60,150 nucleotides of DNA, from contig JAKAKW010000003.1 in NCBI GenBank assembly GCA_021824345.1, positions 1 through 60,150 on the forward strand, given 5' to 3'. Made by a program: the position numbers and the translations under genes. This DNA is from a bacterium (GTDB taxonomy: Bacteria > Patescibacteriota > Minisyncoccia > Phycocordibacterales > UBA9973). Within the stretch, counting starts at the first letter, position 1, and every line of letters begins with the position of its first letter. The notes beneath the pieces were generated by a model. That model did no database searches. It was not told the DNA's origin and worked only from the letters and a program-made list of their open reading frames with translations. This document shows, piece after piece, positions 36,882-46,866 of this stretch.

Positions 36882-36917
36882 GCCGGCCTGCCCCGGCTTC
36901 GGCCGGGGCAGGCCGGC
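36882..36917 (+). terminator. 16-bp GC hairpin with C(UUCG)G loop
   Basis: GCCGGCCTGCCCCGGC-TTCG-GCCGGGGCAGGCCGGC; no U-tract. Confidence 0.55.
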
Positions 36918-36952
36918 GTCCTTGTCAGTCGTGCTATAATACAAGAAACACC

Positions 36953-37555
36953 ATGACATGCCCGGGAAACAAGAAAATACTTTTTTGGGGAATTGTCGTT
37001 GTATTTGCGCTCATACTTGTTTTCGCTTTTCTCTCCGGTCCGCAACCGGTTCAGGCGCCGAAAGAGCCGCCGTCCGCGTCCGGCGCCTCTCAGAATGCGG
37101 CGGTTGAAAACTCTCAGAATATGATACTTGTCAAAGACAAGAGCGCGGGAGTTTCTTTCATGTATCCGTCCAGCATCCAAACCGATCCGGAATATATCTC
37201 TACCTCGGACTGGCCTCCGAAGGTGCGGGCGCTCTCCGAAAAATTTTCTTGCCTGAATGCCGGGCAGGAAACCATGCAGGGAGGAAAAACGGAAGAGAAG
37301 ACCCTAAACGGCATTCCCTTCTGCGTGACAACGGAAAGCGGAGGAGCGGCCGGCAGTACATATGCCAATTACGCCTACGCTTTTGAAAAAGAAGGGAAGA
37401 AAGTTGTGCTGACCTTCGCCCTGCGCTACGTGCAATGCCTGAATTATTCCGAGCCGAAAACGTCCGCCTGCCAGGCGGAACAGAAATCTTTCAGCCCCGA
37501 GCATGTTGACAGCATGGCATATCTGATTGCCAATACGGTAAAATTCCTGAAATGA
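36953..37555 (+). CDS. Membrane-anchored hypothetical protein
   Basis: N-terminal TM; extracellular domain with 4 Cys. Confidence 0.75.
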   Translation: MTCPGNKKILFWGIVVVFALILVFAFLSGPQPVQAPKEPPSASGASQNAAVENSQNMILVKDKSAGVSFMYPSSIQTDPEYISTSDWPPKVRALSEKFSCLNAGQETMQGGKTEEKTLNGIPFCVTTESGGAAGSTYANYAYAFEKEGKKVVLTFALRYVQCLNYSEPKTSACQAEQKSFSPEHVDSMAYLIANTVKFLK

Positions 37556-37628
37556 AATAGAGCTTGCAACGTTGCGTATAATGATAAGAAGACCGGCCTT
37601 TCATTATAAGTTTTAATATAAAATATAT

Positions 37629-38027
37629 ATGAAAATAAATTTGCAAGGGAAAAATATTGAACTGACCGACCAAATCAAAGAGCATATACAAAAAAACGTT
37701 GCCAGCCTTGAAAAATTAATTTCCTCGGCGGAAAAAGAAGGCGCGGAAGCCTTGCTTGTTTTTGAAGTGAGCAAGAGCACCAAGCATCATAAATCCGGCC
37801 CGGTCTTCCATTCGGACTGCCATCTTACCTTAAACGGAGAAACGTATTATTCAAGTTCCGACGAGGAGGACCTCTACCGGGCCGTGGACGCCGTGCGGGA
37901 GTCGCTCTTTCGGGAGATAAGCAAGAAAAGGGACCGCAAGCATACCCTTTTCAAGCGGGGAGCCCTTTCCGTTAAAAAGATGATGAAGCGCCTGACCCGG
38001 CGCAATCCTGCTACCGCGAAGTATTGA
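37629..38027 (+). CDS. hpf: Ribosome hibernation promoting factor (short HPF/RaiA)
   Basis: INLQGKNIELTDQIKEHI, DLYRAVD. Confidence 0.9.
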   Translation: MKINLQGKNIELTDQIKEHIQKNVASLEKLISSAEKEGAEALLVFEVSKSTKHHKSGPVFHSDCHLTLNGETYYSSSDEEDLYRAVDAVRESLFREISKKRDRKHTLFKRGALSVKKMMKRLTRRNPATAKY

Positions 38028-38886
38028 TTTTCCGGAAAACCTCGTAAGCCATTTCCTTTTTTCCTTCCGGAATCACTTTCTGGATTTCAAATTTGCCGTC
38101 CGAGAGGGCGGCTTTTGTGATTACGATCCGCTTGCCGTCTTGGAAGAAAAAGGTGCGGGGCCATTCGGCATAGGCGCGGAATTTGTTGTAGTTTTTTACC
38201 GGATCGTCCGACAGGTCCAGATGCCCGTCTTCTTTTGAAATTTTTCCGCAAAAAACCGCTCGTGATTCATCTTGCGGTTCCGGCTTGATTTTTCCTTCGG
38301 CGATTTCCGGCAGGGTCCGCTCCAGCATTTCTCCGCCGATCTTTATCAGCCGTTCCCGCAATTCGGGCGCGGTTTCGTCTGGACCGATCGGCATTTTTTG
38401 CACGGCCAAAATCGGCCCGGAATCCATTTTTAATTCCATCTGCTGGATTGCCACGCCCGTTTCCGTTTCGCCGGAGAGTATGGCCGATTCCACCGGCGAG
38501 GCTCCGCGATATTTCGGCAGAAGGGAATAGTGGATATTTATGGAACCGAGCCGGGGCATTGAAAGGATTTTTTTCGGCAGGATTTTTCCATAGGCGACTA
38601 CGATGAAGAGATCCCATGTTCCGGCCGGTCCGGCGGGGCCTCCGCTTGCCAGAGAAGACAGTTTCTCCGCGAATTCTGCGTCCGGCTTCTCCGGCTGAAG
38701 GCACGGCACGCCGTTTTTCTCTGCCCAAATTTTTACCGGCGGGGGAGCGACTATCATTTTTCTTCCTTTCGGCCTGTCCGGAGAAGTCACCACCAAGGCC
38801 GGTATATATCCGGCCTCTTTCAATATTTCCAGCGTTTTACTGGCCACTTCCGGCGTTCCGAAAAAAGCGAATTTCAAATTTTTCAT
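38011..38886 (-). CDS. fmt: Methionyl-tRNA formyltransferase
   Basis: FFGTP, VVTSPDRPKGR, NIHYSLLPKYRGASP, MDSGPI. Confidence 0.97.
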   Translation of the reverse strand: MKNLKFAFFGTPEVASKTLEILKEAGYIPALVVTSPDRPKGRKMIVAPPPVKIWAEKNGVPCLQPEKPDAEFAEKLSSLASGGPAGPAGTWDLFIVVAYGKILPKKILSMPRLGSINIHYSLLPKYRGASPVESAILSGETETGVAIQQMELKMDSGPILAVQKMPIGPDETAPELRERLIKIGGEMLERTLPEIAEGKIKPEPQDESRAVFCGKISKEDGHLDLSDDPVKNYNKFRAYAEWPRTFFFQDGKRIVITKAALSDGKFEIQKVIPEGKKEMAYEVFRKINTSR

Positions 38887-38902
38887 ACAATTTTTTATCA
38901 AT

Positions 38903-38939
38903 ATGTCCAGGGCGGAGGGTTACCCTCCGCCCTGGACAT
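38903..38939. repeat. REP-like palindrome family 1, copy 2 (18-bp arms)
   Basis: ATGTCCAGGGCGGAGGGT-T-ACCCTCCGCCCTGGACAT. Confidence 0.85.
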
Positions 38940-39505
38940 TATGGCAATTCCTCCTTCACGTCTCTGGCCGTATCCGTGAAAAGCGTTCCTTTCAAATGAT
39001 CCGTTTCGTGCTGGAAGATTTGGGCCAACAGCCCGCTTCCCCCTCGGGTGAATTTTTTGCCGTTCTCGTCATAGGCCGTCACCGTCGCTTTCTTGGAGCG
39101 ATGCACTTGGCCGTAAAGCCAGCGCACCGAAAGGCATCCTTCCGGCAGCCACGCTTTTTCTTTTGAAAGCTTGGAGATTTTCGGATTTATGAAAATCATG
39201 TCTTTCGGCCGTCCGGCGGACACGCTTCGGCTTTCCGCCGGGGCTGTTTTCCCTCCAGAATATTTCGCTTCCCGCCCTTCCAAAAAATCTTTGTCGAAAA
39301 CTTTTCCCGATACCACGAAAATGGAAAGCAGATATCCTATCTGCGGGGCCGCGATGGCTACGCCGTCGTCCTGGCTCTTCAGGGCCTCGGACATTTCTTT
39401 CACTATTTTGCGTATTTTCGGAGAAGTAATCTCCTTCACCGGAACGTCCTTGGTCGTTCCGCGCAAAACAGGGTCTCCTTCTCCTTTTTGCAGTATCTTT
39501 TTCAT
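38939..39505 (-). CDS. def: Peptide deformylase
   Basis: GVAIAAPQIG, EGCLS, QHETDH. Confidence 0.97.
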   Translation of the reverse strand: MKKILQKGEGDPVLRGTTKDVPVKEITSPKIRKIVKEMSEALKSQDDGVAIAAPQIGYLLSIFVVSGKVFDKDFLEGREAKYSGGKTAPAESRSVSAGRPKDMIFINPKISKLSKEKAWLPEGCLSVRWLYGQVHRSKKATVTAYDENGKKFTRGGSGLLAQIFQHETDHLKGTLFTDTARDVKEELP

Positions 39506-39553
39506 TGTGTGCGCTTTTCGCAGGCCGCTTGCCCGGATTGCCAGCCGGCCGGA

Positions 39554-40942
39554 TTACTTCAGCTCCTTCAGGTACTCCAAGAGCTTTTCAATCCTCACCG
39601 TTTCCTGGGATCTGCTTTCCATATTCCGCACGATCACCGAATTTTCCAAGGCTTCTTTCACTCCGAAAATTATCACATATGGAATGCCCAGCTTCTCGGC
39701 GATGGAGAGCTGGCTTCCCAGCGAATCCCGGGAAAGTGATTGGGAAATCGGAATATGCGCTTTGCGCAGAATGTCTATGATGTTTAAGCTTTTCAATTTC
39801 GCTTCGGTTCCGAGCTGGATGAAACATATTTTAGGCTTCTTGATGATGCGGGGGGAAAGATGCTTGTACCAGGAAGATTCAACTATCCTGTCCACTCCCA
39901 TGGAGAATCCCACCGCCGGCACGTCTTTCTTCCCTCCGAGGGCTCTGGCCAGGTAGTCGTACCGTCCGCCCCCGGCGATGGCGATCAGGTTTTTCATCCC
40001 TTCTTTTTCTCCCTCTGCCGGATCGCTTTTTTCCGCTTCAGCTTTTTTCGCTTCTTGTTCCTTTCCTTTTTCCTCCGGCTCCACTTCCGCCATCACTTCG
40101 AATACCGTCCGGGTATAATATGAAAGCCCTCGCACCAGATTTTTGTTGATGTTGAACGGAATATCCATCTCTTCCAAATATTCCAGCACCTCTTTGAAGT
40201 GTTTTTTGCAGGAGGTGCACAAATAGCTCACCGAGTCCGGAGCTTCCTCGTTTATCTCCATGGTTTTCGGATCCTTTGAATCCAAAATGCGCAGAGGATT
40301 GGTTTTCAAGCGTTCGCGATCAATCGCCGACAGCGATGAAATATGCTTGCGGTAATATGCCGTCAACTCTTTGACGTACGTTCCTCGGCATTCCTTGTCC
40401 CCGATGGAATTAATGTCTATGGAAAGATTCTTTGCGCCGGCGTCTTCCAGGATGCTCATGCCCGCTTTGATCACCAGGGCGTCCATGATGCTCTTTTCGC
40501 TGCCGAGCGCGTCCAGGTCGAATTGGCGGAATTCCCGATAACGCCCTTTCTGCGGATTGTCATGTCGGAAAACCGGCCCGTATTTGTACAAAAGCACCGG
40601 CTGGGGCAGGGTCTGCATGCCGTCCTCAATGTACGCTCGCATTAATCCGGCGGTAAACTCCGGACGGAGAGCCAGATGGTCTCCGCCTTTTGTCTTCAAG
40701 GTGTACATTTCTTTGTCTATGATGTCGGTGCCCTCGCCCACTCCGCGCTCGAAAATGTCCACGTATTCCAATACCGGCGTCTGGATGGGTTTGAATCCGT
40801 AGTACACTGCCACTTCCTGGGCTTTCTCAAAAAACCCCTGGAAGGAATAATATTCCTTGTCCATGATGTCCCGCATTCCTTTCGGAGAGGAAATTTCTTT
40901 TTTGCTTGATTTTTTCACTGGCTGTTTCTTGCTCTTGCTCAT
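39554..40942 (-). CDS. hisS: Histidine--tRNA ligase
   Basis: PKGMRD, ALRPEFT, GRYREF.Q, LVRGLSYYT, GGGRYD. Confidence 0.98.
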   Translation of the reverse strand: MSKSKKQPVKKSSKKEISSPKGMRDIMDKEYYSFQGFFEKAQEVAVYYGFKPIQTPVLEYVDIFERGVGEGTDIIDKEMYTLKTKGGDHLALRPEFTAGLMRAYIEDGMQTLPQPVLLYKYGPVFRHDNPQKGRYREFRQFDLDALGSEKSIMDALVIKAGMSILEDAGAKNLSIDINSIGDKECRGTYVKELTAYYRKHISSLSAIDRERLKTNPLRILDSKDPKTMEINEEAPDSVSYLCTSCKKHFKEVLEYLEEMDIPFNINKNLVRGLSYYTRTVFEVMAEVEPEEKGKEQEAKKAEAEKSDPAEGEKEGMKNLIAIAGGGRYDYLARALGGKKDVPAVGFSMGVDRIVESSWYKHLSPRIIKKPKICFIQLGTEAKLKSLNIIDILRKAHIPISQSLSRDSLGSQLSIAEKLGIPYVIIFGVKEALENSVIVRNMESRSQETVRIEKLLEYLKELK

Positions 40943-41547
40943 TTTGTCTGGCCGGGCAGGCTTGCCGCCTTGTATTCCCCGGGCATGATTCCAAGATCGT
41001 TAAGAGGCAGAAGCCTGACCAAGACTCTGCCGGACATAAGGTCGCGGGGGACGGCTCCCCAGGAACGCGAATCGGAACTGGCGCTCCGGTTGTCGCCCAT
41101 CACGAAATACTGGCCCTCTTTCAAGTTGAAAGTCATATCGTTGTCTCCGGGATTTTTAACGAAAGGCTCCGGAATTTGAAACCCCTCCGGATGATCCTTG
41201 TTCACAATGGTGATGTTGTTGCCCAATATTTTAACCGTTTCGCCCGGCAAGCCGATCACCCTTTTTATAAAAAATTTGCTCGGATCCAAGGGGTAGTGGA
41301 ACACCACCACGTCGTACCTTTGCGGATCTCCGGTACGGTAAGAAAGTTCATCCACGATGAGGTAGTCACCGTTTTGGAAGGTGGGGTACATGGAGGATCC
41401 GGAGACCACGAACGGCTGAGCGACGAAAATGCGGATGGGAATGACGATGATCAGAGCCAGGATGATGAAGCGGACCATTTCCCAGGCGGATTGTTTCTTG
41501 GTCGGCTTCGCGTTTTCTTCGTTTGAGCCGATATTTTCGCTTTCCAT
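40939..41547 (-). CDS. lepB: Signal peptidase I
   Basis: VSGSSMYPT, FIKRVIG, GDNR.ASSDSR. Confidence 0.97.
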   Translation of the reverse strand: MESENIGSNEENAKPTKKQSAWEMVRFIILALIIVIPIRIFVAQPFVVSGSSMYPTFQNGDYLIVDELSYRTGDPQRYDVVVFHYPLDPSKFFIKRVIGLPGETVKILGNNITIVNKDHPEGFQIPEPFVKNPGDNDMTFNLKEGQYFVMGDNRSASSDSRSWGAVPRDLMSGRVLVRLLPLNDLGIMPGEYKAASLPGQTK

Positions 41548-41611
41548 TGGGATAATATATCACTAAAATCCCCTTGACACAATAGAAAAAACTTTGGTAT
41601 TATTGAATGCA

Positions 41612-42196
41612 ATGAAATTAGTGGCGGGACTGGGAAATCCTGGAGAAGAATACGAGAACAGCCGGCATAACACCGGCTTCATCATGCTTGATTTTATTCT
41701 GGGCAAGAAAGCGGACTGGAAGGAAAGCGGGAAAGCCAAAGCCCTGTATTATCGGGAAGGTTCCGGCAAGAAGGAGGTGGAATACTTGAAGCCGGTGTCT
41801 TTCATGAACAATTCCGGCGGACCGGTGTTGCACGCCAAAGAGAATCACAAGATCAAGCTTTCGGACATCGCGGTGATATATGACGACATTGATCTGCCCA
41901 TCGGATCCATGAAAATTTCTTTCAACAAAAGTTCCGGCGGGCATCGCGGGCTGGAATCCGTGATCAAGAAGCTAAAATCAAAAGAATTTATGCGCATTCG
42001 CATCGGCATTTCCCCGGCCACTCCTTCCGGAAAGCTCCGCAAGCCGAAAGGGGAGCAAGCCGTTTTGAAATTCCTGCTCGGCAAGTACAAGGAGAGCGAG
42101 TTGAAAGAACTGAAGAAACTTTCCAAGAAAGTGGCCGGCGCCTTGGAGGCTTTCGTGGCTGAAGGCAAGGAAAAGGCTATGAATCTATACAACTAG
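41612..42196 (+). CDS. pth: Peptidyl-tRNA hydrolase
   Basis: GLGNPG, RHNTGF, YDDIDL, GGHRGLES. Confidence 0.97.
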   Translation: MKLVAGLGNPGEEYENSRHNTGFIMLDFILGKKADWKESGKAKALYYREGSGKKEVEYLKPVSFMNNSGGPVLHAKENHKIKLSDIAVIYDDIDLPIGSMKISFNKSSGGHRGLESVIKKLKSKEFMRIRIGISPATPSGKLRKPKGEQAVLKFLLGKYKESELKELKKLSKKVAGALEAFVAEGKEKAMNLYN

Positions 42197-42198
42197 CA

Positions 42199-42223
42199 AT
42201 GGCGGAGGGTTACCCTCCGCCAT
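42199..42223. repeat. REP-like palindrome family 1, copy 3
   Basis: ATGGCGGAGGGT-T-ACCCTCCGCCAT. Confidence 0.85.
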
Positions 42224-42304
42224 AAAGAGCCCCGCCCGGCCAAAGGCGGGGGCTTGACCGTAAACAGACAATATGTCATTCTGAAAAAGAGGGAGGTGAG
42301 TATA

Positions 42305-42493
42305 ATGTTTATTGTCATAATAATACATTGGTTGACAATATTTCTAACTGTTCTTTGCGGATTAATATGTTTAATAAACTACCTTTTCTTTGGAAAGGTT
42401 AATCCGTTAACGATACTATCGTCATTTCTGTTTTTAACAGGGCTTCTTGCCTTGTTTGAATTTAATAAAATTTTTCCAATCCGGCATTTCTAA
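42305..42493 (+). CDS. Small AT-rich two-TM ORFan
   Basis: GGAGGTG SD 8 nt upstream; hydrophobic. Confidence 0.45.
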   Translation: MFIVIIIHWLTIFLTVLCGLICLINYLFFGKVNPLTILSSFLFLTGLLALFEFNKIFPIRHF

Positions 42494-42547
42494 TTCTTCT
42501 GCCGGATTTTTTTATGCCCTTTTGTTCAGCACTGCCCCGGATGATTC

Positions 42548-45500
42548 CTATACTTCCTTCACCGCTTCAATCACGATGCTCTTTTCTCCGTTGCGCAGGG
42601 AAACCTTTCCGGAAAGGGCGATGCATTTTTCCGGCTGAAGCACGTCCGCCGATCCAGCATAGATGGAAGGGAAGGCCACCGCTTCAATGGTTCCGGTTAG
42701 GTCCAGAATTTTTACGAAGGCCATGCGATCATTCTGCTTGGTGATAACCGGCCGGCAGGATTCTATGATGCCGGCGATAGTGACGGGCATGCCGTTACCG
42801 ATGTCCTCTTTTATTTTTTTAATGTTTATGTCGCGCTTCTCCAGCTTCTCGCGCAGGCGATCCAAAGGATGGCCGGAAATATACAGTCCGAGCAGTTCTT
42901 TTTCCCAGGCCAATTTTTCCGCCTGAGTGGCGGCCGGAGCGTCTTTAAGCCTGAAAGCGGGAAGTTCTTCGCTTGTCATTCCGCCGAAGAGGGATCCTTG
43001 ATTTTCGTTCTGCCTGGAAGATTCGTGGTTATAGGCGAGCATGTCTTCCATATTGTGAAGAAGCGTACCCCTGTCTCCGAAAGCGTCCATGCTTCCGCTC
43101 TTGATCAGCGCTTCCATGGATTTCTTGTTCAAATTTTTGTGCTTGATGCGTTCCAGGAATCCTGAAATGGATTTATACCTTCCGTTGGCTTTGCGTTCGA
43201 CGATAATGGCGTCCGCGATGTCCGTTCCCAGGTTTTTGATCGTATAAAGCCCGAAGCGTATTTTATCGCTCTTGTTTTCCGGGCCGATCGGATGTTCCGG
43301 GTTTTCCGGCAGGCAAGTGAATCCGCCGAAGGACTCATTTATATCCGGCGGAAGGACAGGTATGCCCATGTTCTTGCATTCGTTGATTATTTCCGCCACC
43401 TTCTCCGTGTCTCCGCTTTCGGCGGTCAGGATGGCCGCCATGTATTCCACTGGATAGTGCGCTTTCATATAAGCGGTTTGGTACGCCACTCGGCCGTAGC
43501 TTGCTGCATGGGCCTTGTTGAACCCGTAGGCTTGGAAAGGTTCAAAGAGCTTCCACAAATCTTCGGCGAATTTTTTTGTCTGGCCGTTCGCCACCACTCC
43601 CTTCACGAATTTTTCGTGCTGGGCCGCCATTTCCTTCGGAATCTTTTTTCCCACCGCCTTGCGGAACTTGTCCGCTTCCTCCCAGTTGTATCCGGCCAGC
43701 TCAATGGCGCAGAAAAGAAGATCGTCCTGGTACACGATGAGGCCGTATGATTCTTTCAGGAATTTTTTCATCCGCGGATCAAGATAAGTTATCAGCTTCG
43801 GATTGTGCTTTCGCCGGATATATTCCGGAATTGATTCCATGGGTCCCGGGCGGTACAGCGCCACCATGGCGTTGATGTCGTGAATGGTGGTGGGGCGCAG
43901 TTCCTTCAGATATCTGGTCATGCCGGCGCCGTTCAATTGGAAGAGTCCTTCCGTTTGTCCGCGCGAAAGCAGGGAAAAAGTTTTTTTGTCGTTCAGGGGG
44001 ATTTTTTCCAAGTCCACTTCCTCTCCGTAGAATTTTTTCACCAGCCGGACGCTGTCCGCCAGAATGGAAAGGTTCCTGATCCCCAGAAAGTCAAACTTCA
44101 AGAGGCCGGCGTCTTCCACGCTGTGCATGTCGTACTGGGTGATGATTTTTCCTCCGCGCGGGTCCAGCTGGAGCGGCACGTATTCGGTCAGGGGTTTCGG
44201 AGAAATAACCACTCCGGCCGCGTGCACAGAAATATGCCGGACGCATCCTTCCATTTTCTTTGCCAAGTCGATTATTTCTTTCGTGTCTTTTTCGTTCTTG
44301 TAAGCCTCCTTGAGTTCCGGCGTTATTTCCATGGCCTTGTCTATGGTCATGGGCATGCCCTGGCTGCCGAGCGGTATCATTCTGGAAATGCGATCTCCGA
44401 TGGAATAAGGATAGGCCAGAGCCCGGGCCACGTCCCGCACCGCTCCGCGCGCCATCATGGTTCCGAAAGTTCCGATCTGCGCCACTTTGTCTTCGCCGTA
44501 TTTTCCTTTGGCGTATTCTATCATCTCGTCCCGGCGGTTGTCCGCGTAGTCCATGTCTATATCGGGCGGGGAAGGGCGGTACGGGTTCAAGAACCGTTCA
44601 AAGGGAAGTTTGTACTCTATGGGGTTTACGTTGGTGATTCCGATCAGGTAGGTGACCAGGGAGCCGGCCACCGATCCGCGGATGGTGGTCAGAATGCCGT
44701 TTTCCCGCGCGTGCCGGAGCAGGTCTCCCACCACCAGGAAGTATGGAGAATATCCTTTTTTCTTGATAATTCCGAGTTCATATTCCATTCGCTCTTTCAT
44801 CTCCGGAGTTTCTTTCACTCCGAGCCGGTCAAATCCGGCATAGGCAAGCTCTCTCAATTTTTCGTCGGCGTTTTTTCCGCCTTCAATCTCAAAATCCGGG
44901 AATACCCACTCGCCCAAAGGAATTTCCAGATTGCACATTTCCGCCACTTTCACGGTATTGGCCACCGCTTCCGGAATGTCTTCGAAAAGCTCTTCCGCCT
45001 TCTCCGGGCTGATGAAGGAGTAGTCGTCGCCCCCGAAGGAGAATTTGTTTTCGTCTTTTACGTCTGAATTCGTCTGTACCGAAAGGAGAGTGTCGTGCGC
45101 TTTGGCGTCCTCTTCGCAGGGATAATGGGAATCTACCGTGGCAACGAGCGGAATATTGAATTTTTTGCCGAGAGCCACCACCGCCTTGCGCACCTCCTCT
45201 TCTCCTTCCACTTTCGGATGTTTCATTACTTCCAGAAAGTAATTTTCCTTGCCGAAAATTTCCTGATGCTCCTTGACAATTTTTTCCGCTTTTTCCGAAT
45301 CTTTGGCGGAAAGGGCTCGAGCTAGTTCTCCACCCATGCATCCGGAAAGGGCGATAATCCCGCTGGAATATTTCCGCAGGATTTCCTTGTCCATGCGGGG
45401 CTTGTAATAGTATCCCTCCAGGTTGGCCAGAGTCACCAGCCGGATCAGGTTCTTGTATCCTTCCAAATTTTTGGCCAGGAGAGTGAGGTGGTACCGCTTG

Positions 45501-45766
45501 TTGTCTATGCCGGGCTCCTTGTCCAGGCGGGAGCGGTTGGCCACGTACGCTTCCACGCCCACGATCGGCTTTATGCCGGCTTTTTGGGCCAGCTTGTAGA
45601 ATTCTATGGCTCCGTACATGTTGCCGTGGTCGGTGATGGCCAGAGCCGGCATTTTGTATTTTTTGGCGAGCTCCACCAGCCTTTCCACCTTGGAAAGTCC
45701 GTCCAGCAGGGAATAGTGCGAGTGGGTATGCAAATGCGCGAATTTCGCTTTTTCCTCTTTTTCCAT
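42548..45766 (-). CDS. dnaE: DNA polymerase III alpha subunit
   Basis: HLHTHSHYS PHP domain, RGSVAGS, PDIDMD, FNKAHAASY, C-terminal OB fold. Confidence 0.99.
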   Translation of the reverse strand: MEKEEKAKFAHLHTHSHYSLLDGLSKVERLVELAKKYKMPALAITDHGNMYGAIEFYKLAQKAGIKPIVGVEAYVANRSRLDKEPGIDNKRYHLTLLAKNLEGYKNLIRLVTLANLEGYYYKPRMDKEILRKYSSGIIALSGCMGGELARALSAKDSEKAEKIVKEHQEIFGKENYFLEVMKHPKVEGEEEVRKAVVALGKKFNIPLVATVDSHYPCEEDAKAHDTLLSVQTNSDVKDENKFSFGGDDYSFISPEKAEELFEDIPEAVANTVKVAEMCNLEIPLGEWVFPDFEIEGGKNADEKLRELAYAGFDRLGVKETPEMKERMEYELGIIKKKGYSPYFLVVGDLLRHARENGILTTIRGSVAGSLVTYLIGITNVNPIEYKLPFERFLNPYRPSPPDIDMDYADNRRDEMIEYAKGKYGEDKVAQIGTFGTMMARGAVRDVARALAYPYSIGDRISRMIPLGSQGMPMTIDKAMEITPELKEAYKNEKDTKEIIDLAKKMEGCVRHISVHAAGVVISPKPLTEYVPLQLDPRGGKIITQYDMHSVEDAGLLKFDFLGIRNLSILADSVRLVKKFYGEEVDLEKIPLNDKKTFSLLSRGQTEGLFQLNGAGMTRYLKELRPTTIHDINAMVALYRPGPMESIPEYIRRKHNPKLITYLDPRMKKFLKESYGLIVYQDDLLFCAIELAGYNWEEADKFRKAVGKKIPKEMAAQHEKFVKGVVANGQTKKFAEDLWKLFEPFQAYGFNKAHAASYGRVAYQTAYMKAHYPVEYMAAILTAESGDTEKVAEIINECKNMGIPVLPPDINESFGGFTCLPENPEHPIGPENKSDKIRFGLYTIKNLGTDIADAIIVERKANGRYKSISGFLERIKHKNLNKKSMEALIKSGSMDAFGDRGTLLHNMEDMLAYNHESSRQNENQGSLFGGMTSEELPAFRLKDAPAATQAEKLAWEKELLGLYISGHPLDRLREKLEKRDINIKKIKEDIGNGMPVTIAGIIESCRPVITKQNDRMAFVKILDLTGTIEAVAFPSIYAGSADVLQPEKCIALSGKVSLRNGEKSIVIEAVKEV

Positions 45767-45827
45767 TTTTCCTTATCTTACCATAAATCCACTTTGCATA
45801 ATCTTTCTATGTTGATACAATATACAA

Positions 45828-46862
45828 ATGGAGAAAAAGCTAAGAGTTGCCATAAACGGTTTGGGAAGAATAGGGAGATCGTTCTTGAAAATCGCCTGGG
45901 AGCGTCCGGAAATTGAAATCGTGGCCGCCAATGACCTGGGGGACAAAGAGAACATGGCCTATCTTTTGAAGTACGACACCGTTCACGGAAAATGGAATCA
46001 TGAAGTGAAAGTGGACGGGGACAATCTTGTAATTGACGGCAAGAGCGTGAAGATTCTGGGCGAGAAAGAACCTGCCATGCTTCCTTGGAAAGATTTGGGC
46101 ATAGACGTGGTGGTGGAATCCACCGGGTTCTTCACTTCATACGAGAAGGCGGGCGCCCATCTCAAGGCGGGCGCGAAGAAAGTGGTGATTTCCGCTCCGG
46201 CCCGCGAAGGCGGAGAAGACGGAACTGTTCCCGGAGCCACGGTGCTCATGGGGGTGAATGAAGAGAAGCTTAATGCTTGCGACGTGAGTTCCAACGGATC
46301 CTGCACCACAAATGCCGCCAGTCCTCTGATCGCCATTTTGCATGAGGCCCTCGGAATCGAGAAAGCCATTTTGAATACCGCTCACGGATATACCGTTTCC
46401 CAGGCTCTGGTGGACGGACCGAATAAAAAGAGTTTCCGCGAAGGAAGAGCGGCGGCTCAGAACATAGTGCCCGCTTCAACCGGTGCGGCTATCGCCGTAA
46501 CCAAAGCGTTCCCGGAATTGACCGGCATGTTTGACGGAGTTTCCATGCGGGTGCCGGTGCCGGCCGGGTCCATCGTGGACGTGACTTTCATTTCCAAAAA
46601 AAATACCACCGCCGAGGAAGTGAATGACATTCTGCGCAAAGCGGCCAAGGAAGACAAATGGAAAAGCGTTTTTTCCGTTACCGACGAAGAACTGGTCTCA
46701 AGCGATATTCTGGGCAGTCCTTACGGCTCCATCGCGGATTTGTCCATGACCAGGGTGGTCGGAGGAAATCTGGTGAAAGTGCTGGGCTGGTATGACAACG
46801 AGATGGGATATACGTATACCCTGGTGGATCATGTGATCAAAACGGGGAAGAATATCAAATAG
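45828..46862 (+). CDS. gap: Type I glyceraldehyde-3-phosphate dehydrogenase
   Basis: INGLGRIGR, ESTG, SNGSCTTN, WYDNE. Confidence 0.98.
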   Translation: MEKKLRVAINGLGRIGRSFLKIAWERPEIEIVAANDLGDKENMAYLLKYDTVHGKWNHEVKVDGDNLVIDGKSVKILGEKEPAMLPWKDLGIDVVVESTGFFTSYEKAGAHLKAGAKKVVISAPAREGGEDGTVPGATVLMGVNEEKLNACDVSSNGSCTTNAASPLIAILHEALGIEKAILNTAHGYTVSQALVDGPNKKSFREGRAAAQNIVPASTGAAIAVTKAFPELTGMFDGVSMRVPVPAGSIVDVTFISKKNTTAEEVNDILRKAAKEDKWKSVFSVTDEELVSSDILGSPYGSIADLSMTRVVGGNLVKVLGWYDNEMGYTYTLVDHVIKTGKNIK

Positions 46863-46866
46863 CATA

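Noticed and set aside
43880-45067. Long shadow ORFs (for example 43880-45067, 15369-16514, 14084-15019, 35804-36775)
   Set aside because: They are antisense to or overlap well-supported genes and have no motifs; this is expected from GC-rich codon bias.
42548-45766. Intein or split in dnaE
   Set aside because: Length (1072 aa) and motif order are normal, with no insertion visible.
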